A DNA stretch of 63,373 nt, filler included, from 4 parts of 4 records of this genome joined end to end with filler, not necessarily neighbours in it; one strand, 5' to 3'. Shown: positions 1 through 9,537, counted from the first letter of the whole stretch. The notes: generated by a model not told the origin, from the sequence alone. Numbers and translations are program-made.

Positions 1-151
1 ACTCTTCCAGCAGAATGGTGTTCGAATGTTTTACACTTGTTCAGGAGTTGAGGTTTGAATTTGAGTTCGGTTTTGAATGATGCAAGATTTCAACGTGGGC
101 ATCAATTAGCATTCGTAGAAATTCAATCGCTGAAATCATTAATAACGCGAG

Positions 152-241
152 GTCACATTGAGCTTGTCGAAATGCGGCCGTGTAACTTATTAACGAACCT
201 CATAACAACCTTCAACTTGACTTCGACAGGCTCAGCCTGAC
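152..241. repeat. REP-like imperfect inverted repeat pair
   Basis: GTCACATTGAGCTTGTCGAA (152-171) and TTCGACAGGCTCAGCCTGAC (222-241) are 16/20 inverted matches; resembles GAGCTTGTCGAA-type dispersed repeats of Bacteroidota. Confidence 0.6.
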
Positions 242-352
242 GTTTCGGGTAAGTTCACTTTGAAGGAAGAATTCAAGGAAAAAAGAATGACCATTCAAAC
301 AGACTGACAGGCTCTTTTATTAGTGTTTCCGGACGCTGTAAAAAACCAATCC

Positions 353-1831
353 CTACATCACCAACAACTCCAACGTCACCTCATAAACCCCCTTACCAAC
401 CATTTTTGATTTCAACCAGGCATAAAACGTCATCATAAAAATATCCTCTTCCTCCTTTGGTTTCCATTCAATTGAATTTTCAACCTCTGCCTTAAAATTA
501 TCAGATTTCACAATGGATGGATCTTGAATGTACTTATCAATCCACTTTATAAAAACACGAATTCTCGGATGATTTTCAAAGGTCTTTGAGGATTTCAATT
601 TACGCTTCATTGCACTAAGTCGTGAATCAACATAATCCAAATTATTCAAATCAATATGCAACAAAATCTCTGCAAAGTTCTTGTACAACAACCATTCTTG
701 GCCTTGATGCTTTTCATACCATTGATCTGTTCTTGAGAATTGCTTAAGAATTGTTTTTGCCTCATCCAGTTGATTTTGCTGAAAAAGAATCATCATTTTA
801 CAAAGCAATGGGTTTAACAATTTTTCTTGCGGATAATCAACCACCAAAACCTCCTCTAGTTGTGTTAGTGCAATATCTGGTTTTCCCAAATAATTTTCAT
901 TCAATGATTTTAAAGTCACGTACTGCAGCTGTTTTTCTTGATAATACCTTGAATCAAATCGTTGCATCTGCTCATGCATGCTATTGAGATAGGTGAGACT
1001 TTTTTCAAACTGCTGTTTTCTGAAATAGATATTGGCCAATAAATACAGTAAATCAATATGATACACGAGATGTTTTTCTGTGTCCAACTTGCCACCAACC
1101 AAATCTTCAATTTTCTCTTCAAAAAAAGTATCCACCGAAAAATAATTCCGGCTTGATGCGCCCGAAAAGTCTGCTAGCTGTGCTATTTGAAAAAGAGATT
1201 TAAAATTGTATCCTCTTTCTTCTGAAATATTGAATCGTTGATAAGTTTCGGTAAGCAATTCATTCAAATTGATCTGTTCACCAGCGCGTTCAACTTTTAA
1301 ATAGGCACGCTTAACAACCGCGTAGGCCGCATTCAATTTACCTTGTTCAACTAACTCGTCACGATTGGCATCAAATTTTACCATCAATTCGTTGTGAGAT
1401 TCATCATCCATCAGATAAGAATTCTCTATTATCGTTTGGTAAATCTCATTCAAAAGTGAATAATGATTGATTTGTTCTGCTTTTAATTCTGCCTTTTTTA
1501 ATAGGTGAAATGCAGATTTAAACCTTTCGTGGCCCAGTAACTTTCTTGCCACTAATAACAAACGAATGATGCCGATTTCATCAGTAGCTTCTTTTTCGAC
1601 CGTACTTAATGAAAGAAAATCAAGCAAATTATCTGACAATCTTTTCTTTAATGCCGCATAGGCGTTTTGCCCCAATTCGTTTTTTAAGCTCGTCTGTTTT
1701 TGGGCGAGTAGTTTTTTAAACAAGTCAACATTTCTAGTGTCATGACGCCTGTTTCTAGCTTTCAAATATTTAATGAAGTTGTCATGTTCTTGTGAAGACA
1801 ACACAGCAACTAGATCATTAATTAACAACAT
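353..1831 (-). CDS. Hypothetical all-helical TPR-like protein, possible regulator
   Basis: 492-aa ORF with TPR-like helices (LLYLLANIYFRKQQFEKSLTYL); no signal peptide; divergent from yiaA. Confidence 0.7.
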   Translation of the reverse strand: MLLINDLVAVLSSQEHDNFIKYLKARNRRHDTRNVDLFKKLLAQKQTSLKNELGQNAYAALKKRLSDNLLDFLSLSTVEKEATDEIGIIRLLLVARKLLGHERFKSAFHLLKKAELKAEQINHYSLLNEIYQTIIENSYLMDDESHNELMVKFDANRDELVEQGKLNAAYAVVKRAYLKVERAGEQINLNELLTETYQRFNISEERGYNFKSLFQIAQLADFSGASSRNYFSVDTFFEEKIEDLVGGKLDTEKHLVYHIDLLYLLANIYFRKQQFEKSLTYLNSMHEQMQRFDSRYYQEKQLQYVTLKSLNENYLGKPDIALTQLEEVLVVDYPQEKLLNPLLCKMMILFQQNQLDEAKTILKQFSRTDQWYEKHQGQEWLLYKNFAEILLHIDLNNLDYVDSRLSAMKRKLKSSKTFENHPRIRVFIKWIDKYIQDPSIVKSDNFKAEVENSIEWKPKEEEDIFMMTFYAWLKSKMVGKGVYEVTLELLVM

Positions 1832-1913
1832 ATATCGTAATAATTAATAAGTAATTATACCTTATTTTAAAGGTAATTATACACTATCTGACTTCAAATA
1901 TATCGTAATAATT
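1830..1913. promoter_or_regulatory. Nested direct repeats in divergent intergenic region
   Basis: ATATATCGTAATAATT at 1830-1845 and 1898-1913; GTAATTATAC at 1851-1860 and 1873-1882. Confidence 0.5.
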
Positions 1914-1979
1914 TTACAATAATTGAATTTTTTATTGGTTGTGGCCTTCGCAACTTTGGGTCAACAAAAAACAATAATT

Positions 1980-2447
1980 ATGAATCATCTAACAGAAGAA
2001 AACACAGGAATTCCTCACGTTGAAAAAGTGAAGAAAAAGAAATTTAACCCGGCAAAACCTACTCCCGTTTACGTAGGAGCAGCTTGGGCCGCATTGGGCA
2101 TTGGTTTGATCTCTTATTGCATTGGATTATGGAATGCCACCATGCCGCTTAATGAGAAAGGCTATTATTTCACCATCATTCTATTTGGACTATTCTCGGC
2201 TATATCTGTTCAAAAAAATGTGCGAGATAAAGCAGAAGGCATTCCGGTAACTGACATCTATTATGGCATTAGTTGGTTTACCACATTGGCATCCATCACC
2301 CTATTGGTGGTGGGTTTACGACACGCCGATTTAGAGCTATCTGAAAAAGGATTCTACGGAATGGCCTTTGTGTTGGCTTTATTCTCGTCCATCACGGTTC
2401 AAAAAAACACCAGAGATTTAAAGGCCTTTGCTGAAGAAGAAGATTAG
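1980..2447 (+). CDS. yiaA: Inner membrane protein YiaA (two YiaAB domains)
   Basis: Duplicated motif GLWNA.M.LNEKGYY...QKNVRD / LSEKGFY...QKNTRD; ATG at 1980 preferred over TTG at 1923. Confidence 0.85.
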   Translation: MNHLTEENTGIPHVEKVKKKKFNPAKPTPVYVGAAWAALGIGLISYCIGLWNATMPLNEKGYYFTIILFGLFSAISVQKNVRDKAEGIPVTDIYYGISWFTTLASITLLVVGLRHADLELSEKGFYGMAFVLALFSSITVQKNTRDLKAFAEEED

Positions 2448-2464
2448 CAGAAGTCTGATAGATG

Positions 2465-2498
2465 AAAGGGTCATTCGCGCGAGCGGGTGGCCTTTTTT
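2465..2498 (+). terminator. Intrinsic terminator after yiaA
   Basis: Stem GGTCATTCGC-gcga-GCGGGTGGCC followed by T-run. Confidence 0.75.
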
Positions 2499-2593
2499 GA
2501 TTTGAGGTATTTAGAGTTCATGTCCTAGTGGGACAACAATTGTTACTTAAAAAGTTCAATAAACTTCCCTTGACGCTTCTCGCCCTTGAGGGC

Positions 2594-2623
2594 AAAAAAA
2601 ATCCCCAGCTTTCGCTGAGGATT
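2594..2623 (-). terminator. Intrinsic terminator after duplicated tRNA 3' end
   Basis: Minus strand ATCCTCAGC-GAAA-GCTGGGGAT followed by T-run. Confidence 0.7.
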
Positions 2624-2626
2624 GTT

Positions 2627-2649
2627 GTTGTCCCACTAGGGCTCGAACC
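2627..2649 (-). repeat. 23-nt exact duplicate of tRNA-Gln 3' end (att-like)
   Basis: GTTGTCCCACTAGGGCTCGAACC at 2627-2649 is identical to 2765-2787. Confidence 0.85.
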
Positions 2650-2730
2650 AGAAGAAGCAAAGCTTCTGAAAGGCCAAGCGGTAGCGCCAGCCCTCTTCTT
2701 CAGAAGAGTCTAGGCACTAAAATTTGATAT

Positions 2731-2761
2731 AAAAAAAGAGAGCTCATTTCTGAACTCTCTT
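2731..2761 (-). terminator. Intrinsic terminator after tRNA-Gln
   Basis: Minus strand AGAGAGTTCA-gaaa-TGAGCTCTCT followed by T-run. Confidence 0.75.
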
Positions 2762-2765
2762 GAAG

Positions 2766-2838
2766 TTGTCCCACTAGGGCTCGAACCTAGACTCTTCTGT
2801 ACCAAAAACAGACGTGTTGCCAGTTACACCATGGGACA
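2766..2838 (-). tRNA. tRNA-Gln (anticodon TTG)
   Basis: Reverse complement TGTCCCA-TGGTGTAACTGGCAACACG-TCTGT-TTTTGGT-ACAGA-AGAGT-CTAGG-TTCGAGC-CCTAG-TGGGACA-A folds as a cloverleaf; no encoded CCA. Confidence 0.95.
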
Positions 2839-2947
2839 TTAAATTGTTTTTAATTCCTTCTTGACACTGCGTCCGCTGAAGTTTCAACGCAAGCGGGCCA
2901 TGGGACATTAAATTTTTCGTTTGCAAACGTTATTGCTAACGGGATGG

Positions 2948-2955
2948 CAAATTTA
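2948..2955 (-). promoter_or_regulatory. Bacteroidota sigmaA -7 element for tRNA-Gln
   Basis: TAAATTTG on the minus strand matches the TAnnTTTG consensus. Confidence 0.55.
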
Positions 2956-3126
2956 AACCTTTTTTTTTATTCCAACATATTTTCATAAAAAAACTTAATT
3001 CTTCTATTTCGAAACAACCTGTCTAACGCTTTTAGAGTTTTTTAAGAAACTAGCTTGAAATATATTTTTAAATTCGCAGTGCCTTCGCCAAAATAATCCG
3101 CGATTGCGAAAGTTTAATTACACATT

Positions 3127-6100
3127 ATGGACTATAAGAAACTGAATAATTACGTAGGCTGGATGGTTTTCATCTTTGCTGCTGTAGTTTATTGTTGGAC
3201 AATCGAACCAACGACAAGCCTCTGGGATTGTGGCGAGTACATCACAACTGCCTACAAATTAGAAGTTGGTCACCCTCCGGGAGCACCACTATTTATGATG
3301 CTCGGTAGATTGTTCTCAATGTTCGCATCTCCTGAAAATGCGGCAATGATGGTCAACGCCATGTCTGCACTTTGTAGTGCATTTACCATCTTATTCTTGT
3401 ATTGGGCAATCACCATGTTGGCGAAAAAAATTGTTCAACATCCAGAAATTAAATTATTCGGAAATAAAGGCGAAACTGTAAAACCAGCTTCTAGCTTAGA
3501 AATTTCAGAAGGTTATAAGTGGGCGATCATTGGTTCTGGTTTAATTGGAGCTTTGGTGTATACATTTACTGATTCATTCTGGTTTTCAGCTGTTGAGGGT
3601 GAGGTATATGCTATGTCGTCTTTCTTTACTGCAATTGTATTCTGGGCAGTTCTAAAATGGGATGATGAAGCACAGGCTAAACAAGATTATCCTGATGATG
3701 CCGACATTCAAAGTAAAAACGAAAACCGTTGGTTGATTTTTATCTTTTTCATGATTGGTTTATCAATCGGTGTCCACCTTTTGAACTTATTATGTATTCC
3801 GGTAATCGCTTACGTAATCTACTTCAGAAAATACAAAGAAGTTACTGTTGGAGGATTCATTTTAACTGGTGTAATTGGTGTTGGAGCTTTAGGGGTGATT
3901 CAAGCTTTAATTATTCCTAAAACCGTACAAATTGCAGGATTTTTTGAAAGAACATTTGTAAACAGTTTAGGTATGCCGTTTAACACAGGAACGGCCTTCT
4001 TTTTCATCTTCCTAACCGCTTTAATTGCTGGTTTATTATACTATTCAAAAAAATCAAACAACTCATTGATGAACACCATTACTTGGTCGGCTTCAATGAT
4101 TTTTATCGGTTATTCATGTTTTGCCATGATCGTTATTCGTTCAAATGCAGATACACCATTGGATGAAAATGATCCTGAAAACTTGGTATCTCTTCAAGCT
4201 TATCTGCAACGTGAGCAATATGGTGACTGGCCAATTATGTATGGTCAATATTTCACCGCAGAAGTTGAAAACGACAGAAAGAAATGGGATGACAGATCTG
4301 ATGTTTATTTGAGAAGATTTGTTGTTTTAAGTGGAACAGGCAAAGAATTAAAAGGATACAAAACTAAAGAGGAGGCGGACGCATATGCTGCTCAAGTTGG
4401 TGGAAGTGTCACTGAAAAATATTACAAAACTTATGACGGTACCAATGGTAAACCGACTTATGACCCAAAGCATTCGACTTTCTTCCCAAGAATGTATAGT
4501 TCAGAGGCACGTCATATTAATGGATACAAAAACTGGTCAGGTCATGTAGGTAATAAAGTTCCGACCATGGGAGAAAACTTGAGCTATTTTGGAGCATACC
4601 AAGTTGACTGGATGTATTGGAGATACTTTATGTGGAACTTCTCTGGTCGTCAATCTGATGAACAAGGACATGGTAATCCACGTGACGGAAACTGGATTTC
4701 TGGATTAAATTTCATAGATAAACATCACATTGGAGATCAAACAAACGCTCCTGGTATTATCACGAATAATCCTTCTCACAACAAATTTTACATGTTGCCA
4801 TTGATTTTGGGATTAATTGGATTCATCTTCCTTTTAACTAAGGCAACAAAAACATGGTGGATAGTTATGCTACTCTTCCTGTTAACAGGATTCGCAATTA
4901 TTATCTATCTGAATCAGAAACCATATGAACCAAGAGAAAGAGATTATGCCTATGCGGCATCTTTCTACGCTTTCTCAATGTTTATTGGATTCTCGGTTCT
5001 AGCATTGTATGATGCCTTTAAAAACATGGTTTGGAAAGACCTCATGTATATTGCAGGAGCACTCGTGGCAATCGGAGTTGTATTTGCTGCAACTGATACA
5101 ACAGCTGCAATCAGTATGATTTACATGGCTGCTGTTATTGCAGGATTAATGGGCTTAATGATCTTCTTAAGATCTGCCATTAAAAAAGAAGCCCAAGCCT
5201 CCATTTTATCAATCGTTATTCTTTTACCTGTCCCAATAATTATGGGGATGCAGAACTGGGATGACCACGATAGAAGCAATAGATATACGGCACAGGCATT
5301 GGCTTACAACTATTTGATGAGTTGTGATGACAATGCGATCGTTTACACGAATGGAGATAACGATACCTTCCCACTATGGTATCTACAAGAAGTTGAAGGA
5401 GTAAAAACTTCGGTACGTGTATGTAACTTGAGTTTATTAAATACAGACTGGTATACAGAGCAAATGACCAAAAAGGCTTATGACTCTGAGCCACTACCAA
5501 TCTCGTTTACTGAAGAGCAATACCGTCAAAACGGATACAGAGATTACTTATATGTTTTAGGAACTAACGACCTTACTATGGGAAGTCCTGAAATTCAAGA
5601 GAAATGGAAAAAAGTAATTGATATCAAAATTGAAAGCAATCCTGATTTATTTGCAAATGCATTTAAAACGGCTGCAACGAATTTATACATTGGTTTAGGT
5701 CAATCTAAATTCCCTGAAATGCAACCAGAATTGTATGCAAGCCTTCCTGGATTTGACACCTCAAAAACTTACTACGAGTTTAGAAACTTAGTATTTAACT
5801 TGTTATCAAAAGGAGAGCAATTTGGATTAGAGATGGCACAGCTTCAAAACATCCAAAACATCATGGTTGCCTTTAATGACGCCTTTGATTTTATGCCTGC
5901 AGATGCTGCTATGGCTTACTTAGCGGATGATGCCAATATTGAAGATAGAGGCTTATTCATTTTACCTTCTAGAGGATTAAGTGTTAATGTTGACAAAGAA
6001 AAAGTTCTTGCGAACGGAATCGTTGCACAGCATGATGCGGATAGAGTGGTAGATAAAATCAGATGGAACATTCCAAAGCAAACCATCTTTAAAGCAGATT

Positions 6101-7020
6101 TAATGATTTTGGATATGATTGCTCACTTTAACTGGGATCGTCCTATTTATTTCGCAAGTTCTGCTAGTCAAGACACCTATTTAGGATTAACCAAGTATTT
6201 CTATGCTGAAGGATTGGTTTACAAATTAGTTCCAATTGAAGTGACTAGAAACAGAAACCCGAATTCAATGGGCGAAGTGAATTTACCTAAGATGTACGAA
6301 AACTTAATGAGCACATTCAAATGGGGTAACATGGAACAAGAAGGTGTATTGGTAGATTATTATACAAGAAGATTAACCAATAACTATAGAGTTCAGTTCT
6401 CAGTATTGGCTGATGCTTACGTTGAAAACATTGAGAAAGCGCAGCAAGAAATTGCGATTTTTGATCAAATCAAAACGCAAGACGGACCTGCTGACCAAAT
6501 CATCAAAACACCAATTGGAGATTACCTAAGAAGTGATGTGCCGAAATTGGCTGCTGAAGCGCAACAACGTATTGATTCAAACATGGTAAAAGTATCTGAA
6601 GTATTGGACAGAAGCTTTGAAGTAATGCCTGAATTCAATGTACCATTTGGACGTGTATTACCTTCTTATATTTCTTCATACTACGCAGTAGGTAATGAAG
6701 AACAAGCAGAATTCTACACGAACAGAATGCTAGAGATTTTCCAAGAGGATATTGATTATTACACATCTTTAGAGCCTCAATTCTCTTCTGCTATGATCAA
6801 TGATTTGTTTGATGCTTATAGAGGAATATTCTCGCTTTATCAATCAGCTTCATTGTACAGCACAAACGAAGAGTTTAAAACTATGATTTCTGACAAATTC
6901 TTCCAGGTTTCACAAGAGATTCAAATTGAGTTACCTCGAATTAGAAAGTTCAGCTCTAAAGCAGAGAAAACTTGTCAGCAAACTTTTGATGCCTTCTTCT
7001 CGCAGATTAATGCGATTTAA
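3127..7020 (+). CDS. DUF2723 / TMEM260-like (GT117) membrane glycosyltransferase
   Basis: WDCGEYI...LEVGHPPGAPLF, AVEGEVYA, PRERDY and GDNDTFPLWY motifs; many TM helices. Confidence 0.88.
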   Translation: MDYKKLNNYVGWMVFIFAAVVYCWTIEPTTSLWDCGEYITTAYKLEVGHPPGAPLFMMLGRLFSMFASPENAAMMVNAMSALCSAFTILFLYWAITMLAKKIVQHPEIKLFGNKGETVKPASSLEISEGYKWAIIGSGLIGALVYTFTDSFWFSAVEGEVYAMSSFFTAIVFWAVLKWDDEAQAKQDYPDDADIQSKNENRWLIFIFFMIGLSIGVHLLNLLCIPVIAYVIYFRKYKEVTVGGFILTGVIGVGALGVIQALIIPKTVQIAGFFERTFVNSLGMPFNTGTAFFFIFLTALIAGLLYYSKKSNNSLMNTITWSASMIFIGYSCFAMIVIRSNADTPLDENDPENLVSLQAYLQREQYGDWPIMYGQYFTAEVENDRKKWDDRSDVYLRRFVVLSGTGKELKGYKTKEEADAYAAQVGGSVTEKYYKTYDGTNGKPTYDPKHSTFFPRMYSSEARHINGYKNWSGHVGNKVPTMGENLSYFGAYQVDWMYWRYFMWNFSGRQSDEQGHGNPRDGNWISGLNFIDKHHIGDQTNAPGIITNNPSHNKFYMLPLILGLIGFIFLLTKATKTWWIVMLLFLLTGFAIIIYLNQKPYEPRERDYAYAASFYAFSMFIGFSVLALYDAFKNMVWKDLMYIAGALVAIGVVFAATDTTAAISMIYMAAVIAGLMGLMIFLRSAIKKEAQASILSIVILLPVPIIMGMQNWDDHDRSNRYTAQALAYNYLMSCDDNAIVYTNGDNDTFPLWYLQEVEGVKTSVRVCNLSLLNTDWYTEQMTKKAYDSEPLPISFTEEQYRQNGYRDYLYVLGTNDLTMGSPEIQEKWKKVIDIKIESNPDLFANAFKTAATNLYIGLGQSKFPEMQPELYASLPGFDTSKTYYEFRNLVFNLLSKGEQFGLEMAQLQNIQNIMVAFNDAFDFMPADAAMAYLADDANIEDRGLFILPSRGLSVNVDKEKVLANGIVAQHDADRVVDKIRWNIPKQTIFKADLMILDMIAHFNWDRPIYFASSASQDTYLGLTKYFYAEGLVYKLVPIEVTRNRNPNSMGEVNLPKMYENLMSTFKWGNMEQEGVLVDYYTRRLTNNYRVQFSVLADAYVENIEKAQQEIAIFDQIKTQDGPADQIIKTPIGDYLRSDVPKLAAEAQQRIDSNMVKVSEVLDRSFEVMPEFNVPFGRVLPSYISSYYAVGNEEQAEFYTNRMLEIFQEDIDYYTSLEPQFSSAMINDLFDAYRGIFSLYQSASLYSTNEEFKTMISDKFFQVSQEIQIELPRIRKFSSKAEKTCQQTFDAFFSQINAI

Positions 7021-7032
7021 GAAAAAGCAGAC

Positions 7033-7662
7033 ATGAGATTATACACATTTCCCAAATGGTTGCGGTGGTTATACCCTGGAGCCATTTGGGATTTTTCTTT
7101 TAAAAAAGAGAAATCGATATACCTAACATTTGATGATGGGCCCAATCCTGAAATCACAGAATTTATTTTAGAGCTACTTCAAAAATACAATGCCCCGAGC
7201 ACGTTTTTTTGCTTGGGTGCTCAGGTTGAAAAATATCCTGAATTATATCAAGAAATTTTAGCGGACGGTCACAGTGTTGGCAATCACAGCATGACGCATC
7301 CTAACGGCTGGTGGAGCCGAAATAAAACCTATTACAAAGACGTTTACAAAGCAGAGAAAATTATTCACAGTAAACTCTTTCGCCCTCCTTATGGACGTGT
7401 AGGATGGAATCAATATCGCGCACTAAAAAAACATGGCTTTCAAACCGTATTTTGGACGGTGGTTTCGTATGATTTTGATCCCGAATTTAGAGCTGAAAAA
7501 TTTGTTAAAAAAATGAAAAAACTTACTAAACCTGGAGCAATCTTTGTTTTTCATGACAATCCCAAAGCTTTAAAAATCCTAAAAACAGAGCTAGAGCAAC
7601 TTTTAATTTATTGGACTGAACAAGGCTACGAATTCAAAAGCATTCCTCAACCCCAATCCTAA
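7033..7662 (+). CDS. Polysaccharide deacetylase (NodB/CE4)
   Basis: LTFDDGP, GNHSMTH, FRPPYG and FHD motifs. Confidence 0.9.
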   Translation: MRLYTFPKWLRWLYPGAIWDFSFKKEKSIYLTFDDGPNPEITEFILELLQKYNAPSTFFCLGAQVEKYPELYQEILADGHSVGNHSMTHPNGWWSRNKTYYKDVYKAEKIIHSKLFRPPYGRVGWNQYRALKKHGFQTVFWTVVSYDFDPEFRAEKFVKKMKKLTKPGAIFVFHDNPKALKILKTELEQLLIYWTEQGYEFKSIPQPQS

Positions 7663-7701
7663 ATCTATTTTTTTAACTTTATCCCATCCAATAATTGATT
7701 G

Positions 7702-8604
7702 ATGAACACATTGCAAACATGTCCTATCTGTAGCGGAACTGACCACGATCATTTCATGACCGCAAAAGATTTGAATTTCACAAAAGAAGAATTCAACATT
7801 GTGCAATGCAACAACTGTTCATTTCGCTTTACGAATCCTATCCCAACAGAAGATAAAATTGGAGATTATTACAAAGCAGACAATTACATTTCGCACACTT
7901 CTTCAAAAAAGGGGCTTTTTGAGCGCTTGTATCATATGGTGCGCTCACGAGCTATTAAAAAGAAGTTCGCTTTAGTTAAAAAACATGCGAACGGTGATCA
8001 CCATTTAGATATAGGATGCGGAACCGGAGATTTTCTGGCTTACGTTAAAGCGCAAAACTGGAAAACTAAAGGCTTAGAGCCTAGTGAAAGTGCCCGTCAA
8101 ATGGCTATAGATAATCACGGCTTAGATGTGGAGTCAATTGACCAACTCCCACAATTGGCAGATCATCAATTCGATAGCATCAGTATGTGGCATGTATTGG
8201 AACATGTTTATCACCTCAACACAGATTTTGCCCAATACAAACGCGTCTTAAAAAAAGACGGCACCTTAATTATAGCAGTTCCCAATTGCGCTTCATTTGA
8301 TGCTCAATTTTACAAAGAATACTGGGCCGCTTATGATTTACCTATTCATTTGTATCATTTTCAACCTAAAGATATTCGAGCACTTGCTGCAAAATTTGAC
8401 ATGGAGGTAGCTGAAGTCTTGCCTATGAAGTTTGACAGCTTTTATGTGAGCATGTTGAGTGAAAAATACAAAGCCGGTAAAGAAAAATTATCCATTGGGC
8501 TCATGATCAAAGGTTTTTTCAAAGGCTTAAAATCTAATTCTAAAGCAAATAACGAGAGCTATTCCAGCCAAATTTATGTGCTAAAAAACAAAAAAGACTC
8601 ATAG
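7702..8604 (+). CDS. Class I SAM methyltransferase with N-terminal Zn ribbon
   Basis: CPIC...CNNC, LDIGCGTG, WHVLEH, IAVPN. Confidence 0.88.
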   Translation: MNTLQTCPICSGTDHDHFMTAKDLNFTKEEFNIVQCNNCSFRFTNPIPTEDKIGDYYKADNYISHTSSKKGLFERLYHMVRSRAIKKKFALVKKHANGDHHLDIGCGTGDFLAYVKAQNWKTKGLEPSESARQMAIDNHGLDVESIDQLPQLADHQFDSISMWHVLEHVYHLNTDFAQYKRVLKKDGTLIIAVPNCASFDAQFYKEYWAAYDLPIHLYHFQPKDIRALAAKFDMEVAEVLPMKFDSFYVSMLSEKYKAGKEKLSIGLMIKGFFKGLKSNSKANNESYSSQIYVLKNKKDS

Positions 8605-8623
8605 CAAACGCTACAAGTCTTTT
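8591..8623. terminator. Bidirectional terminator between convergent genes
   Basis: AAAAAGACT...AGTCTTTTT inverted repeat. Confidence 0.55.
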
Positions 8624-8645
8624 TGAATTATCTGAAAATTTCTAT

Positions 8646-9476
8646 TTAGAAGTGGAAGCTGGCACCAAAGCTTAATGGCTTTGCCACTCGAGAAGCGTCA
8701 TTTTTAAATAATGGCAGCATATCAAAGTTGGCAAATACACCGAAGTTTCTGAAGCCCATTCTTGTAGTTAAAGACAGGTGAAACGGATTTACATTAAACC
8801 TTCCATCTACCTTATCTTTAGATTCACCTAAATCATTCTCGTATTTGTACTTCACTTTAGAGCCCATCCGAACTCCACCTATAACACCCATTGAAATGTG
8901 GAAATTCTTTTTGTGATTCTTAGAGGTATTAAAGTGCAGCAACACTGGAATATTAAAGTAATTCACAATCAGTTGGTTTTTTGTAAACCCACTCACTAAA
9001 CTAGAATCTGCATACCCATAAGTTGAATCAGAATTTGCAGCTAATCGGATGTGATCGTCAGAGAATCCGAAGCGAGAGTTGGTAAATCCTATACCTGTCA
9101 CCAGTCCAACATGATCAGTTCCGAAACGAATTCTGTGTTCTAATAAATTAAAGTGAAACACAAAAGAATTTGCTGGGTCTATGCGCAAGTGCGATTCTGT
9201 AAAATTAGGTTGAAATTGATTGTTCATCAACATATTGACACCCACTTCAAAGCCTGACCAATAAGTCAATTTATTTTTTGATTCATAATTCCAATCGTTA
9301 TCATCATTCGGGTCATCTTCATCATTGTGATCAACTTGAATGGTATCTGAATCTACAATGATAAACTCCATTGTACCGATTTTAAATCTTGTCGTATCTG
9401 AGCCCTCTTTTTCTTCTTGTGAAAGGCCCAAATTTGCCATTGAAAATATGGCGATAAGTGTAAATAAATTTTTCAT
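8646..9476 (-). CDS. Outer membrane beta-barrel protein (OMP_b-brl_2/PorT-like)
   Basis: Signal peptide, amphipathic strands (YFNIPVLLHF), C-terminal F (FGASFHF). Confidence 0.8.
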   Translation of the reverse strand: MKNLFTLIAIFSMANLGLSQEEKEGSDTTRFKIGTMEFIIVDSDTIQVDHNDEDDPNDDNDWNYESKNKLTYWSGFEVGVNMLMNNQFQPNFTESHLRIDPANSFVFHFNLLEHRIRFGTDHVGLVTGIGFTNSRFGFSDDHIRLAANSDSTYGYADSSLVSGFTKNQLIVNYFNIPVLLHFNTSKNHKKNFHISMGVIGGVRMGSKVKYKYENDLGESKDKVDGRFNVNPFHLSLTTRMGFRNFGVFANFDMLPLFKNDASRVAKPLSFGASFHF

Positions 9477-9537
9477 AATCTTTGTTTTATGGCTCGGTTG
9501 AAAAGGCCTTATTCAACAGTTCGCCCGGTTTAATGTA

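Noticed and set aside
55..240. 61-aa ORF
   Set aside because: Overlaps the REP-like repeat, TTG start, no recognisable motif
2528..2713. 61-aa ORF near the tRNA
   Set aside because: Built from tRNA fragments and a terminator; no coding signal
2627..2787. Prophage or genomic island at tRNA-Gln
   Set aside because: The att-like repeats enclose only about 115 nt and no integrase or phage gene is nearby; kept only as a repeat finding
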